Source of the DNA: Spirochaetia bacterium
GTDB taxonomy: Bacteria; Spirochaetota; Spirochaetia; UBA9216
Reading direction: 5' to 3'
DNA length: 64,000 bases
NCBI GenBank assembly: GCA_965140585.1
Contig: OZ223267.1
Location: forward strand, 288,001-352,000
The notes under the pieces were generated by a model. It made no database searches and was not told the origin of the DNA. It was given only the letters and a program-made list of their open reading frames with translations. The translations under genes were made by a program, and so were the position numbers. Below, piece after piece: positions 37,907 through 47,577 of the stretch (position 1 is the stretch's first letter; each line of letters opens with the position of its first letter).

Positions 37907-39344
37907 CAGGGAGAGTATAAACGAATTCGGTTTCGGTGACCTCATTCTTATGGAGAATGCCGGAATAAAAATCCTTGAAGAATCCCTGAAGCTCCCTCAA
38001 TTTACTCAAAATATTCCTGTAATCAGTATAGCCGGCAGCGGTAATAACGGCGGGGATGCTCTGGTAATTGCAAGGCATATCTTTTCTGAAAGACCAAACC
38101 CTGTAACTGTAATTTTAAAATCCGCCTCCGGAAGTCCCGCATTTGAGAAGCAATATCAGATCTGCATAAAACTCGGAATAGAAATTGTTGAATTTCCTTC
38201 AGAGCAGGCAGATGCTCTGCTGTCGGGAAACTGTATAATATTTGACGGGCTGACTGGTACAGGGCTAAAGAGTGCGCTGCACGAATCTGCGGCAGGCCTC
38301 TGCGAAAGGATCAATTCGTCACCGGGGACCGTTATTGCAATTGATATTCCTTCCGGAATAGGTGAACAGTACTGCGGAACATGGCCGGCGGTAAAGGCAG
38401 ATCTTACTGTAACAGTCGGCCTCCCTAAACGTGCACTGTATCTTCCGGCCTGCAGAACATTCTGCGGAGTAATAAGAAGCGTCCAGATTGGTTTTCCTGA
38501 ACAGGTAATTAATTCTGATATTCCCGATGAGGACGGTCTTTATATAAGCCTTACTGATGAAAAAGATATTGAACGCCTGATGCCGGTGCTTAAGGCAGAC
38601 TCATACAAGAACAGCAGGGGCCATCTTGCTGTTTTGGGCGGTTCTGAGGGAACTCTTGGTGCCGCCTCTCTGTGTGCAGAAGCTGCCGCCAGAACCTCAA
38701 CAGGACTTGTGAGTCTTTTCATTGATGAACGGTATTATCCTGTTCTGGCTGCAAAGCATAACTCGGTCATGGTAAAAGTTCTTGATTCTGAAACTGCAGC
38801 GGATAGGGTGGCTTCATTGGCAGCCTCAGCTGTTGGTCCGGGCTGGGGGGCAGGCGATGAACGGAAAAAACTGCTATTAGAGCTGCTTGGAATCAGCAGA
38901 GGCGTTCTGGATGCCGATGCTATTACAATACTGGCACAGATGAAAAAATCCGGTGAAAAGCTGCCTGATCTTGGAAATCGCTGGGTACTCACTCCGCATC
39001 AGGGTGAATTCAAGCGCTTGTTTCCGGAACTCAATCCGGAGCATACTTATACTTCTGTTTATGCTGCAGCCGCAGAACTGAATACGGTTGTTCTGCTCAA
39101 GGGTCATGTGAGTATGATTGCAGCGCCTGATGGACGGATAACCGTGATAGACGGACTATTCCCGCAGCTAGGCACTGCTGGCAGCGGTGATATTCTCTGC
39201 GGTATTATCGGAGGTTACTGCGCCTCGGGCATGAACTGCTACGATGCTGCGGTTCTGGGGGCTCTGGTTCATCTGAGAGCTGGAAAACGCTGTGCTACCG
39301 AGCATGAATGGTTCCCGGCAGATATGATTTTACAGTATATATAA
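37869..39344 (+). CDS. nnr: Bifunctional NAD(P)H-hydrate epimerase/dehydratase
   Basis: LMENAG, GSGNNGGD, AIDIPSG (YjeF_N); GPGWG, LDADA, TPHQGEF, GSGDIL (YjeF_C). Confidence 0.95.
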   Translation: MKIVSSSRMQEIDRESINEFGFGDLILMENAGIKILEESLKLPQFTQNIPVISIAGSGNNGGDALVIARHIFSERPNPVTVILKSASGSPAFEKQYQICIKLGIEIVEFPSEQADALLSGNCIIFDGLTGTGLKSALHESAAGLCERINSSPGTVIAIDIPSGIGEQYCGTWPAVKADLTVTVGLPKRALYLPACRTFCGVIRSVQIGFPEQVINSDIPDEDGLYISLTDEKDIERLMPVLKADSYKNSRGHLAVLGGSEGTLGAASLCAEAAARTSTGLVSLFIDERYYPVLAAKHNSVMVKVLDSETAADRVASLAASAVGPGWGAGDERKKLLLELLGISRGVLDADAITILAQMKKSGEKLPDLGNRWVLTPHQGEFKRLFPELNPEHTYTSVYAAAAELNTVVLLKGHVSMIAAPDGRITVIDGLFPQLGTAGSGDILCGIIGGYCASGMNCYDAAVLGALVHLRAGKRCATEHEWFPADMILQYI

Positions 39345-39357
39345 CAGGAGTTTAAAA

Positions 39358-39897
39358 ATGCCGTCAGAGAAAGGCCGAATGCCGGAAAGCCATACACCCG
39401 GTGAATTTCATTACCACTACGATCGTGAAAAAAGAGAACAGATGCTTTCAGAGGAGACAAAGAACGTTCTTAAGAAAGGCAAATTTCTTACTCTGAACAG
39501 GCGTAATCTTATTATCCTTGCGGACATTGGAATTATTATCCTTTTTACCATGATTTTTGTTCCTTTCAGCATGAACGGTAAAAAGAATGCAAGCTTTGAC
39601 GGCGGGTATAGGGCTGTTTTTAAAGCAAGTGAATTCGACAGCCGGGCTCTTTTAAGTGTCAAAATCAGTTCCGAATCGGATATTGAAAGTCAGGATGGTA
39701 TGGTACGGGTTGTTTTCTCTGTAGAAGGGCAGGCTCAGACTGTTGAACAGCTTGATTTACTGCCTGTTTCTACTGATGAACCGAGATATCTCAGAGCCGA
39801 GTTTCCCATTGAGGGAAATGACCGGATTAAGGTCTTTGCAGAAGTTGAAATCGGAGGAAAATCAAGAGGACTGTCAGCTACTGTAAGGGTACAATAA
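39358..39897 (+). CDS. Hypothetical single-TM protein
   Basis: 179-aa ORF, SD AGGAG, central hydrophobic helix. Confidence 0.75.
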   Translation: MPSEKGRMPESHTPGEFHYHYDREKREQMLSEETKNVLKKGKFLTLNRRNLIILADIGIIILFTMIFVPFSMNGKKNASFDGGYRAVFKASEFDSRALLSVKISSESDIESQDGMVRVVFSVEGQAQTVEQLDLLPVSTDEPRYLRAEFPIEGNDRIKVFAEVEIGGKSRGLSATVRVQ

Positions 39898-39968
39898 ACA
39901 GCGGAGCGCTTATTTTAGCTGAATTCAGCTTAATATCGATACCCTTAATTTATTCCTGATTAATTGAG

Positions 39969-39997
39969 TTGACCAGAGACAGTGTTTAAGATAATCT
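39969..39997 (+). promoter_or_regulatory. Candidate sigma70 promoter
   Basis: TTGACC-N17-TAATCT upstream of 40034. Confidence 0.45.
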
Positions 39998-40033
39998 TTT
40001 ATATATACCATCTTTAAACGGAGAAAGAGGACT

Positions 40034-40435
40034 ATGGTTCAAATTTATTTTCTGTCGATCTTACTGAATCTTCTTGGCGGTTTCGGACTTGCTTCTGAAA
40101 CCATGGTTGAACGTATCAGCGGTCTGAGAATTTTTTCAGATTTCTTTGAAGGCAGAACTACCTTGAAGATAACCGTTGGTATACTTTCATTTATTGTAGG
40201 CATCCTGAAACTTCTGTCATCGATGGATGTTCCGGTGGCCGGAGACCTGCTTCCAGCTCTTGGTAATATTGCAGTAGGTTTTGCCCTTGTTCTTGATTAC
40301 TATAAAGATCGCTCTGAATCCACCAGCAGTGAGAAATTAAACGATTTTTTTGCCAGAAACAGCTCTTTTATTGGAATTGCTGCAGTACTTTTTGGCGTTC
40401 TGCATTTCTTTATACCAAGGGTGCTGCTTCTGTAA
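40034..40435 (+). CDS. Hypothetical 4-TM membrane protein
   Basis: 133 aa, hydrophobic, GDLLPA and LHF.P motifs, SD GAGGA. Confidence 0.8.
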   Translation: MVQIYFLSILLNLLGGFGLASETMVERISGLRIFSDFFEGRTTLKITVGILSFIVGILKLLSSMDVPVAGDLLPALGNIAVGFALVLDYYKDRSESTSSEKLNDFFARNSSFIGIAAVLFGVLHFFIPRVLLL

Positions 40436-40448
40436 TTCGGAATCTGAC

Positions 40449-40829
40449 ATGAAATACTCTGTAGCCGGCGTAGCTGAACGCAATGGAAAGTTTTTTATCG
40501 CTCTAAGAAATCCAGGGACCAGTATAGGTGAGCGCTGGGAATTTCCCGGGGGGAAAATGGAGGAGGGCGAAGGTCATGAACAGGCCCTCATCCGTGAATA
40601 CCGTGAAGAATTAGGAACAGATATTACAGTCGGCAGTTTTCTCTGCGAAGGCGATTTTTCCAACGGAGTATCTGAATACCATCTGGTTGCCTATAATATA
40701 AAACTCAAAGATGACAATCTTGCACTGACTGAACATCAGAAGGTAATGTGGGCATCACTCGAACAGATGGAAAATCTCGATTTTCCTTTTTCTGATAAAA
40801 TAATCATCGATTATCTTCTTTCGAGATAA
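40449..40829 (+). CDS. Nudix hydrolase, MutT/NudG-like
   Basis: WEFPGGKME.GE....ALIREYREELG Nudix box. Confidence 0.92.
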   Translation: MKYSVAGVAERNGKFFIALRNPGTSIGERWEFPGGKMEEGEGHEQALIREYREELGTDITVGSFLCEGDFSNGVSEYHLVAYNIKLKDDNLALTEHQKVMWASLEQMENLDFPFSDKIIIDYLLSR

Positions 40830-41731
40830 CTGATTCTATAATCATTCCTTAATATAAATCCATTCTTCTCATAGAGACGGACTGCCGGAGTGTTTGAGGG
40901 TTTTACAAATAATGTAAGATTCTTTTTCTTCAATACTGAAAATTCTGCTATTTTTCGCAGGACTGCAGACGATACTCCCAGGGAGCGGTATTCAGGCAGG
41001 GTGAAAACACCACCAATCTGGTTCCAGCCTAAACCTTCAGCATTAATGCAGCATGTAGCAACTGGCCTGTTCTGATAGATAGCATATAATACTGTTCTTG
41101 TCTTTATCGTATCAAGAAATCTTATCCGGCATGCAGTTTCATTAAAGGTTGAAGGATCCAGAAGTACTTCTTCAATTTCATAATCTTTGCGCAGCGGCAT
41201 CAGTAAATCAATGTCAGAGGAAACTGCTGTTTTTATTTTTATATCCTGAAGCGGCAGTTCCCTGCTTTTTAACGGAGGAAGAGCTGTAATCAGTGCAGAA
41301 TCTGCAGTGAGCAGTTTATAATCAACAGAATGGGAATTCCTACCCTTAAAAAGTGCAGCAAGCAGCCTGACTGATGAGAGTTCTCCCATTACCGTAAGAT
41401 ATTTCTTTCTGATGTTTTTGCTTCCCTGAAGTACATTGGCAAGCTGCCCGGCTTCAGGGATTGTTCCTTTCGGAAACAGAGGGACAATTATACTGTCATT
41501 TCCTGCAAATACTGCAGCCATAGCCTGTGAATTGCTGTAATAAATAAATATATCGGCATTTTTTAGTTCACCCGCTGCCGGTTTTCCTGCAAGACTAATC
41601 CTTGAGGTCATTGGTACACAGAAATGTTCATAGGGTTCAATAAAACGAAGAAAGGAGGTATATCCGCCCTTTGAGAGCCTTTTCCAGCCGCTTTTATGGT
41701 TATTTTTTTTTAAACTGAATATTTCCTGCAA
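40811..41731 (-). CDS. GNAT-family acetyltransferase
   Basis: IGGVFTLPEYRSLG, LFV...N.PAVRLYEKNGF. Confidence 0.88.
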   Translation of the reverse strand: MQEIFSLKKNNHKSGWKRLSKGGYTSFLRFIEPYEHFCVPMTSRISLAGKPAAGELKNADIFIYYSNSQAMAAVFAGNDSIIVPLFPKGTIPEAGQLANVLQGSKNIRKKYLTVMGELSSVRLLAALFKGRNSHSVDYKLLTADSALITALPPLKSRELPLQDIKIKTAVSSDIDLLMPLRKDYEIEEVLLDPSTFNETACRIRFLDTIKTRTVLYAIYQNRPVATCCINAEGLGWNQIGGVFTLPEYRSLGVSSAVLRKIAEFSVLKKKNLTLFVKPSNTPAVRLYEKNGFILRNDYRISYLERR

Positions 41732-43417
41732 TTAGTTTTCTCCGTGTGTTTCCAGGCTGAGAGGCAGATTTCCCTCCGGCTTGATAGTCCCTGTGAGTGC
41801 CGCAAAGCCGGCATCAATAGATTCACGGCTTATTCCATAAACAGCAATAGCCTTATCGACCCACGGCAGCTCCCTGAGGTACACAGGAGTAAGAACTGAA
41901 AAAACTGCGATTTCAGCCTTGCTGTCCTCAAGTTCCTTAAGTACCTGAAAACCGTTGGGGTTGGCAAGACAGAAAATTACCGTATCATAATTATCAGCTT
42001 TCTTTTTTAGTGAATTCCTTACCGAAGCTTCAGAAGTATAAAAGGGTGAATAATCGAAGCTGAAGGTATCAGCATCTGGATAGGCTTTTTTCCCGGCAGC
42101 AAAGAATCGATCAAGCTGTCCGGCTAGAAGAATCTTTCTGTTTTTCCCGTCTACTGTACTTCCCTCATATATTTCGGTAACTGCGCGATACGCCTGATCG
42201 ATAAAAAAATCCTTTCCTTCATGATTCGGTATATTATCAAGTATATGATCAGGATCCGGAAAAAGAGGAATTGATCCCTCATCTTTCAGATAAGCTAATT
42301 TGGCAGAGATTATGCGTTTTGCAGATGCTCGGACGGTTTCCCGAAAATCTTTATTATTCTTAATCTCTTTAAGCAGATATTCCCAGACCTTCTGATGAAT
42401 TTCTGGAGTCCGTGATACAAGAATGATATCATTGCCTGCCTCAATAGCTGTTTTACAGATTTCAGGTGTATTCATTGAGAGCAGCTGGACACCGTTCATC
42501 ATAAGATCGTCAGTTACAACCAGTCCTTTAAAGTTCAGCCTGTCACGGAGTATGTCATTGAGAAAAAAGGGAGACAGGCTGGCAGGAATTTCAGACCCCG
42601 TTATTTCAGGAAAAGCCAGATGTCCCGACATTATTGCGGGAATATTTTCTCTTACGAGGTAGCGGTAGGGAAGAAGATCTCTTTCCCACATAGTGTCAAA
42701 ATTAATATCAATTATTGGAAGAGCTCCATGAGAATCCTTGTCGGCATCACCATGTCCGGGATAATGCTTTGCAGTGCATATTACTCCCGCTGAATCCATT
42801 CCTTTGAAGTATGCTGTAGACAGCACTGCTGTCAGCAGGGCATCCTGGCTGAATGCTCTGGGGCCGATAACATGAGCTTCTGCATTGGAGTAAACATCGA
42901 CAGTAGGGGCAAAATTCATGTTTATACCCAGCTCTCGGAGCTCCATGCCTATATAATAACCGGTTTTAAAAGCATCATCCGGAATCCTGCTGGCTCCCAG
43001 TGCCATATTTCCGGGTGTTTCTGAGGTTTCAGCCCTTACGTGACGCACCCATCCGCCTTCCTGATCAGTTACAATAAAAAGCGGGATCTGAAGTTCAGTT
43101 TTTCGGGCTGTCTGCTGCATCTCACGGATGCTGCCGGCAAGAGTTTCCAGATCGGCGACATTCCATCCGAAGATTTTGACTCCTCCTATCTCGCGGTTTT
43201 CAATCCAGTCAAGAATATCGGATGAGGGAGTGCCTCCCATATAGCCCAGGAGCATCATCTGTCCCAAAAGCTGTTCATCTGTCATAGATTCAATCAGGCG
43301 GCTTTGAAGTTCATCCTTATTTGTGTTTGTCCAGAAATCGAGTGCTGAAACAGAGGAGTATGCAGAGAACAGTGATAGAAGTAAAAGTAAATAAAAAGTA
43401 CATTTTTTCTGTAACAT
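41732..43417 (-). CDS. nagZ: Exported GH3 beta-N-acetylglucosaminidase (NagZ-like)
   Basis: Signal peptide, DQEGG, KHYPGHG..D.DSH, VTDDL.M. Confidence 0.88.
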   Translation of the reverse strand: MLQKKCTFYLLLLLSLFSAYSSVSALDFWTNTNKDELQSRLIESMTDEQLLGQMMLLGYMGGTPSSDILDWIENREIGGVKIFGWNVADLETLAGSIREMQQTARKTELQIPLFIVTDQEGGWVRHVRAETSETPGNMALGASRIPDDAFKTGYYIGMELRELGINMNFAPTVDVYSNAEAHVIGPRAFSQDALLTAVLSTAYFKGMDSAGVICTAKHYPGHGDADKDSHGALPIIDINFDTMWERDLLPYRYLVRENIPAIMSGHLAFPEITGSEIPASLSPFFLNDILRDRLNFKGLVVTDDLMMNGVQLLSMNTPEICKTAIEAGNDIILVSRTPEIHQKVWEYLLKEIKNNKDFRETVRASAKRIISAKLAYLKDEGSIPLFPDPDHILDNIPNHEGKDFFIDQAYRAVTEIYEGSTVDGKNRKILLAGQLDRFFAAGKKAYPDADTFSFDYSPFYTSEASVRNSLKKKADNYDTVIFCLANPNGFQVLKELEDSKAEIAVFSVLTPVYLRELPWVDKAIAVYGISRESIDAGFAALTGTIKPEGNLPLSLETHGEN

Positions 43418-43462
43418 AGGCTTCGATATTTATACACCAGAAGACGGTGATCAGCAAGAGTT

Positions 43463-43491
43463 TTGACTGGTTAAGGATTACTGAGTATATT
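43463..43491 (+). promoter_or_regulatory. Candidate sigma70 promoter for the MDP-1 gene
   Basis: TTGACT-N17-TATATT. Confidence 0.5.
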
Positions 43492-43535
43492 GTCAGTTGA
43501 ATATCCGTCAGACGGAAGAAAATTATTGGAATATA

Positions 43536-44000
43536 ATGAAGAGATTGCTGTTTGTATTTGATCTTGATTTTACTTTATGGGATTGCGGAGGAACCTGGTG
43601 TGACTGTACCGACCCTCCCTTCCGTGTTGAAAATGGCCGTGTTCTGGACAGCTGTGAAAGACATATTTCATTATATCCGGAGGTTCGGTCTATTCTGCAA
43701 ACTCTGACTGATACTGGACATCATCTGGCTGCGGCCTCCAGAACACACCAGCCTGCCTGGGCGGTACAGCTGCTAAAGCTTCTGCAAGTAGAGCATTTCT
43801 TTGATTACCTGGAAATATTTCCCGGACCAAAGCCTCCGCATTTCAGAAGTCTGAAGAAAAGAAGCGGATTTGCCTATGAGCAGATGGTCTTTTTTGATGA
43901 TGAGCTGAGAAATATTGATGATATCAGTGCTCTTGGAGTTCAGGCTGTCTATGTGGACAGAGGAGTTCACTGGAGTGATGTGGAACCATTTCTGAAATAG
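43536..44000 (+). CDS. Magnesium-dependent phosphatase 1 (HAD IIIC)
   Basis: VFDLDFTLW, AAASRT, K..HF, MVFFDDE.RN, LGV motifs. Confidence 0.88.
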   Translation: MKRLLFVFDLDFTLWDCGGTWCDCTDPPFRVENGRVLDSCERHISLYPEVRSILQTLTDTGHHLAAASRTHQPAWAVQLLKLLQVEHFFDYLEIFPGPKPPHFRSLKKRSGFAYEQMVFFDDELRNIDDISALGVQAVYVDRGVHWSDVEPFLK

Positions 44001-44004
44001 GCGT

Positions 44005-45228
44005 TTACAGCGAATCCTCGGTTATAACATCAAATGTGATTCCAAGTTTTGCAGCTTCATCGATAAAAAACTTCCTTGCATCTGCATCCAGCGCCTCAGG
44101 TGCTATCAGGCCCCTGGTATTTATAACATCGTTTACAAGCATTTTGGTAAATATAAAGGCGCTCTGTCCCGTCAGGTAGGATTCGTGACTAATTCCTGCT
44201 TTTTCAAATGATTCAATCAATCCCGGAGTATTAACATAAACTGTTTTCCTAAGCGGATTTCCGGATTTCGTTCCTTCGAGAATTATCTGAAATGCACCTT
44301 CTTCGGTGATGAGCCCTTCTTCTATTATTTCTGCAATTTCTTCCCTGTACTTGGGTGCCTGCGGTGTCTGGCTGATAACCAGATCAAAGGGGATGTATTC
44401 TGTATTTCCGGAGAGCCGCTTTTCTTTTGAAAGAAAGCCCATATTATACAGGGTTTCAGATACTTCCACATGGGGACCGCCGTATCTGAACAGAATATTC
44501 TTTGCTCCTTTCAGATATTTTTCAGCATTCAGACCCATGGTTATCGGTTCTTCATGGTTATGATCAACCATCCGTATTTCCTTATCGACTCCCGGAAATT
44601 TCATCATAACCGGATTGCCGAATTGGCGGGTGAAAATATGCCTGCCATCTTCAAAACGTATAGGAACTTCTGCCATATCGGCAAATGCCACCTCCGGTGA
44701 CCACCAGAATGGAATAAACCTTTTTGACCAGACACCTTCATAAACATTTATTTCTATGCTGTTAACACTGTCGAAATACTCAGCAGTCTCGCGGCATATA
44801 ACATTTGCAAGTCCGGGTGCGGAGCCTGTGTTCGTAAGCGCGAGGCAGCCAGCTTCTGTAAACTTTACATTCATTTCGGTGAACATGTATCGGGTGGACT
44901 CAACAGCATCAAGGCCTGCTATTTCGGTCATGCAGAGATCCTGATAATTCACCCTGCATTTTAAGGCTGCTTCCATTACAGAAAGGTTAAAATTAATAGG
45001 CAGACCGTTGAGTACTATATCCGAGCCGGTAAACAGTTTTTCAAGTTCAGCAGCTGATTTGGCGTTAATCTGAACCGCAGAAGCTTTCTCCAGTCCCTCA
45101 GTTGCAGCTTCCGCTGCTTTCAGACTGTAATCAGCGCAAATAATTGATTTTACATTCTCTTCTTTATTAAGGAGTTTCGCGGCAGCTGTGCCCTGAGCTC
45201 CTGAGCCGAGTACTATTACCGTTTTCAT
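44005..45228 (-). CDS. Saccharopine dehydrogenase-family oxidoreductase
   Basis: GSGAQG Rossmann fold, YQDL, TGSAPGLANV, HEE, G...PE C-terminus. Confidence 0.85.
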   Translation of the reverse strand: MKTVIVLGSGAQGTAAAKLLNKEENVKSIICADYSLKAAEAATEGLEKASAVQINAKSAAELEKLFTGSDIVLNGLPINFNLSVMEAALKCRVNYQDLCMTEIAGLDAVESTRYMFTEMNVKFTEAGCLALTNTGSAPGLANVICRETAEYFDSVNSIEINVYEGVWSKRFIPFWWSPEVAFADMAEVPIRFEDGRHIFTRQFGNPVMMKFPGVDKEIRMVDHNHEEPITMGLNAEKYLKGAKNILFRYGGPHVEVSETLYNMGFLSKEKRLSGNTEYIPFDLVISQTPQAPKYREEIAEIIEEGLITEEGAFQIILEGTKSGNPLRKTVYVNTPGLIESFEKAGISHESYLTGQSAFIFTKMLVNDVINTRGLIAPEALDADARKFFIDEAAKLGITFDVITEDSL

Positions 45229-45310
45229 AATTTCACCTTCCGGATTTTTGTTTCATCTGATTATATCTGCCTGAAGCTTGCAGATAATTTTCATCTGAAG
45301 TATAATAACA

Positions 45311-45383
45311 ACGAATATAGATTATAGTCAATGTTTATTATATGTAAAACATAAATATAACGATATAAAAAATACGAATATAG
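45311..45383. promoter_or_regulatory. Direct repeats in the divergent Lrp/dehydrogenase control region
   Basis: ACGAATATAG at 45311 and 45374 (63 nt apart), variant AACGATATAA at 45359; minus-strand TTGACT-N18-TATTAT overlaps the first copy. Confidence 0.45.
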
Positions 45384-45398
45384 TAGAAGGGGTGCAGT

Positions 45399-45869
45399 GT
45401 GAAGCCTGAGATCGATGAAATAGATTCAAAAATAATATGCTTTCTGCAGAAAGACGGCCGGATGGCTTATACCAGGATTGCAGAAGAGATAGGTATTGCT
45501 GAAGCGACTGTGAGAACACGTGCCCAGCGGATGATGAAGGACGGCGTTATTGAGATAGTCGCAGTATGCGATCCTGTCAAGGTCGGGTTCGCCATGGCAG
45601 GAAACATGAAGCTGTATATTGAATCGCACAAACTCGATGAAATAGTTGAAAGTCTCAGAAAGATGCGGAATATTACCTATGTCGCTGTAATGATAGGTGA
45701 TTCAAATATAGACTGCGATTTTATTGCCGAATCACTTGAGGATCTGCATCAGCTCGTTTATGAGAAAATTGCTAAAATTAACGGTGTTCAGAAAATCGAT
45801 ACGGCTATTGTCAGCGGATATAAGAAAGAGATTTATGATTACGGAACCTGTTTTCACCGTCCCTCATAG
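45399..45869 (+). CDS. Lrp/AsnC family transcriptional regulator
   Basis: IDEIDSKII..LQKDGR....IA...G..EATVR.R...M...GVI HTH plus RAM domain. Confidence 0.95.
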   Translation: MKPEIDEIDSKIICFLQKDGRMAYTRIAEEIGIAEATVRTRAQRMMKDGVIEIVAVCDPVKVGFAMAGNMKLYIESHKLDEIVESLRKMRNITYVAVMIGDSNIDCDFIAESLEDLHQLVYEKIAKINGVQKIDTAIVSGYKKEIYDYGTCFHRPS

Positions 45870-45877
45870 ATAGCTAT

Positions 45878-45914
45878 AAAAAATCCCCGAAGCAGTCAGA
45901 GCCGCCCGGGGATT
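45878..45914 (-). terminator. Intrinsic terminator of ilvC
   Basis: Minus strand AATCCCCGGGCGG...CTGCTTCGGGGATT followed by a T run. Confidence 0.8.
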
Positions 45915-45963
45915 CAGTATTCTTCCCGCATGGTTAAGAACATGCGAAGAGAGCCTCCTGCAA

Positions 45964-47427
45964 TTAAAGTGCTTTCATTGCAGTCATGTAGCCGCGGAGA
46001 GTTCTTCCGATTACTTCTACCGGATGATTTCTGATTGCATCGTTAACCCTGATCAGCTCAACATTGTCTACTTCATTTTCTCCTGCAGCATAGGTCTTTC
46101 CTATAACATCGGTTGAAACCTTCTTCATGAAGTCTCCAAGCAGCGGAACACAGTCATTTGCAAAGAGGTAGCATCCGTACTCTGCGGTATCTGAAATAAC
46201 CTTGTTCATCTCATAGAGTTTCTTTCTGCTTATAAGGTTGGCAATAAGCGGAGTTTCATGAAGTGATTCATAGTATGCAGATTCAGCCTTGATACCTGAG
46301 TTTGTCATGGTTTCAAACGCAAGTTCAACACCGGCCTTAATCATCGCAACCATAAGAACTCCGTTGTCAAAGTATTCCTGCTCGCTTATGTCCATTGTAC
46401 CTGCCGGAGTCTGTTCGAATGCACTTGCACCTGTTTCTTCTCTCCATGTAAGAAGGTTCTTGTCGTCATTTGCCCAGTCTGCCATCATGGTTGAAGAGAA
46501 TTCACCGCTGATAATATCATCCATATGCTTTGTATACAGTTCAGCCATGATCTCCTTGAGTTCAAGAGAGAGCTGGTGAGCCTTGATTTTAGCAGGATTT
46601 GAAAGACGATCCATCATGTTGGTGATTCCGCCCTGCTTCATTGCTTCCGTAACTGTTTCCCAGCCGTACTGAATAAGTTTTGAAGCGTATGCCTTGTCGA
46701 TCCCCTCAGCTACCATCTTGTCAAAGCAAAGAAGGCTGCCGGTCTGAAGCATTCCGCAGAGAATGGTCTGCTCTCCCATAAGGTCTGATTTTACTTCTGC
46801 AACGAATGATGAGCCGAGAACCCCGGCTCTGTCGCCGCCTGTACCGCAACAGTATGCCTTGGCTATTTCAATACCGTCGCCGTTTGGATCATTTTCCGGA
46901 TGCACAGCAATCAGGGTCGGTACACCGAAACCTCTCTTGTATTCTTCACGAACCTCAGAGCCCGGTGATTTAGGGGCAATCATGATTACAGTGATATCCT
47001 CTCTGATCTGCATTCCCTCTTCAACGATGTTGAAGCCGTGTGAGTAGGAGAGGGTTGCTCCCTTTTTCATAAGAGGCATTATCTTTCCAACAACATTTGA
47101 GTGCTGTTTATCCGGAGTAAGGTTTGCAACCAGGTCAGCCTGGGGAATCATTTCTTCATGTGTTCCAACTGCAAAGCCGTTTTCACTTGCATTGAGGTAT
47201 GACTGTCTTTTCTGTTCAATTGCCTCTTTTCTGAGGGCGTATGAAACATCAAGACCGCTGTCTCTAAGGTTCAGTCCCTGGTTAAGGCCCTGGGCGCCGC
47301 ATCCTACGATTACAATCTTTTTGCCTTTAAGTTTATCCACGCCTGAGAAGACTGATTTATCAAGAAAATCACAGGTTCCCAGCTGTCGAATCTGCTCTCG
47401 CAGTGGAATCGAGTTAAAATAATTCAT
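45964..47427 (-). CDS. ilvC: Ketol-acid reductoisomerase, long (class II) form
   Basis: [43 protein letters not shown], duplicated C-terminal domain; 487 aa. Confidence 0.98.
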   Translation of the reverse strand: MNYFNSIPLREQIRQLGTCDFLDKSVFSGVDKLKGKKIVIVGCGAQGLNQGLNLRDSGLDVSYALRKEAIEQKRQSYLNASENGFAVGTHEEMIPQADLVANLTPDKQHSNVVGKIMPLMKKGATLSYSHGFNIVEEGMQIREDITVIMIAPKSPGSEVREEYKRGFGVPTLIAVHPENDPNGDGIEIAKAYCCGTGGDRAGVLGSSFVAEVKSDLMGEQTILCGMLQTGSLLCFDKMVAEGIDKAYASKLIQYGWETVTEAMKQGGITNMMDRLSNPAKIKAHQLSLELKEIMAELYTKHMDDIISGEFSSTMMADWANDDKNLLTWREETGASAFEQTPAGTMDISEQEYFDNGVLMVAMIKAGVELAFETMTNSGIKAESAYYESLHETPLIANLISRKKLYEMNKVISDTAEYGCYLFANDCVPLLGDFMKKVSTDVIGKTYAAGENEVDNVELIRVNDAIRNHPVEVIGRTLRGYMTAMKAL

Positions 47428-47456
47428 ATATTTATCCTTATAATATTGTTAAATGA

Positions 47457-47485
47457 AGAATAACTCTTGTATCAGGCCTTGTCAA
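47457..47485 (-). promoter_or_regulatory. Sigma70 promoter of ilvC
   Basis: Minus strand TTGACA-N17-TATTCT. Confidence 0.65.
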
Positions 47486-47487
47486 CC

Positions 47488-47533
47488 TTGCAAATATTGC
47501 AAATATATACATTTATAATTGCTATAAACGCAA
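47488..47533. promoter_or_regulatory. Tandem LysR-type (IlvY-like) operators
   Basis: TTGCAAATATTGCAA (47488-47502) and TTGCTATAAACGCAA (47519-47533), 31 nt apart, abutting the ilvC -35. Confidence 0.6.
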
Positions 47534-47577
47534 ATACAGGTATAGAAAAAAGATCACAATAGATTTAGAATCAATCC

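Noticed and set aside
39917-39930. Perfect 14-bp palindrome AGCTGAATTCAGCT
   Set aside because: Single occurrence, no U tail or linked regulator; cannot assign a function
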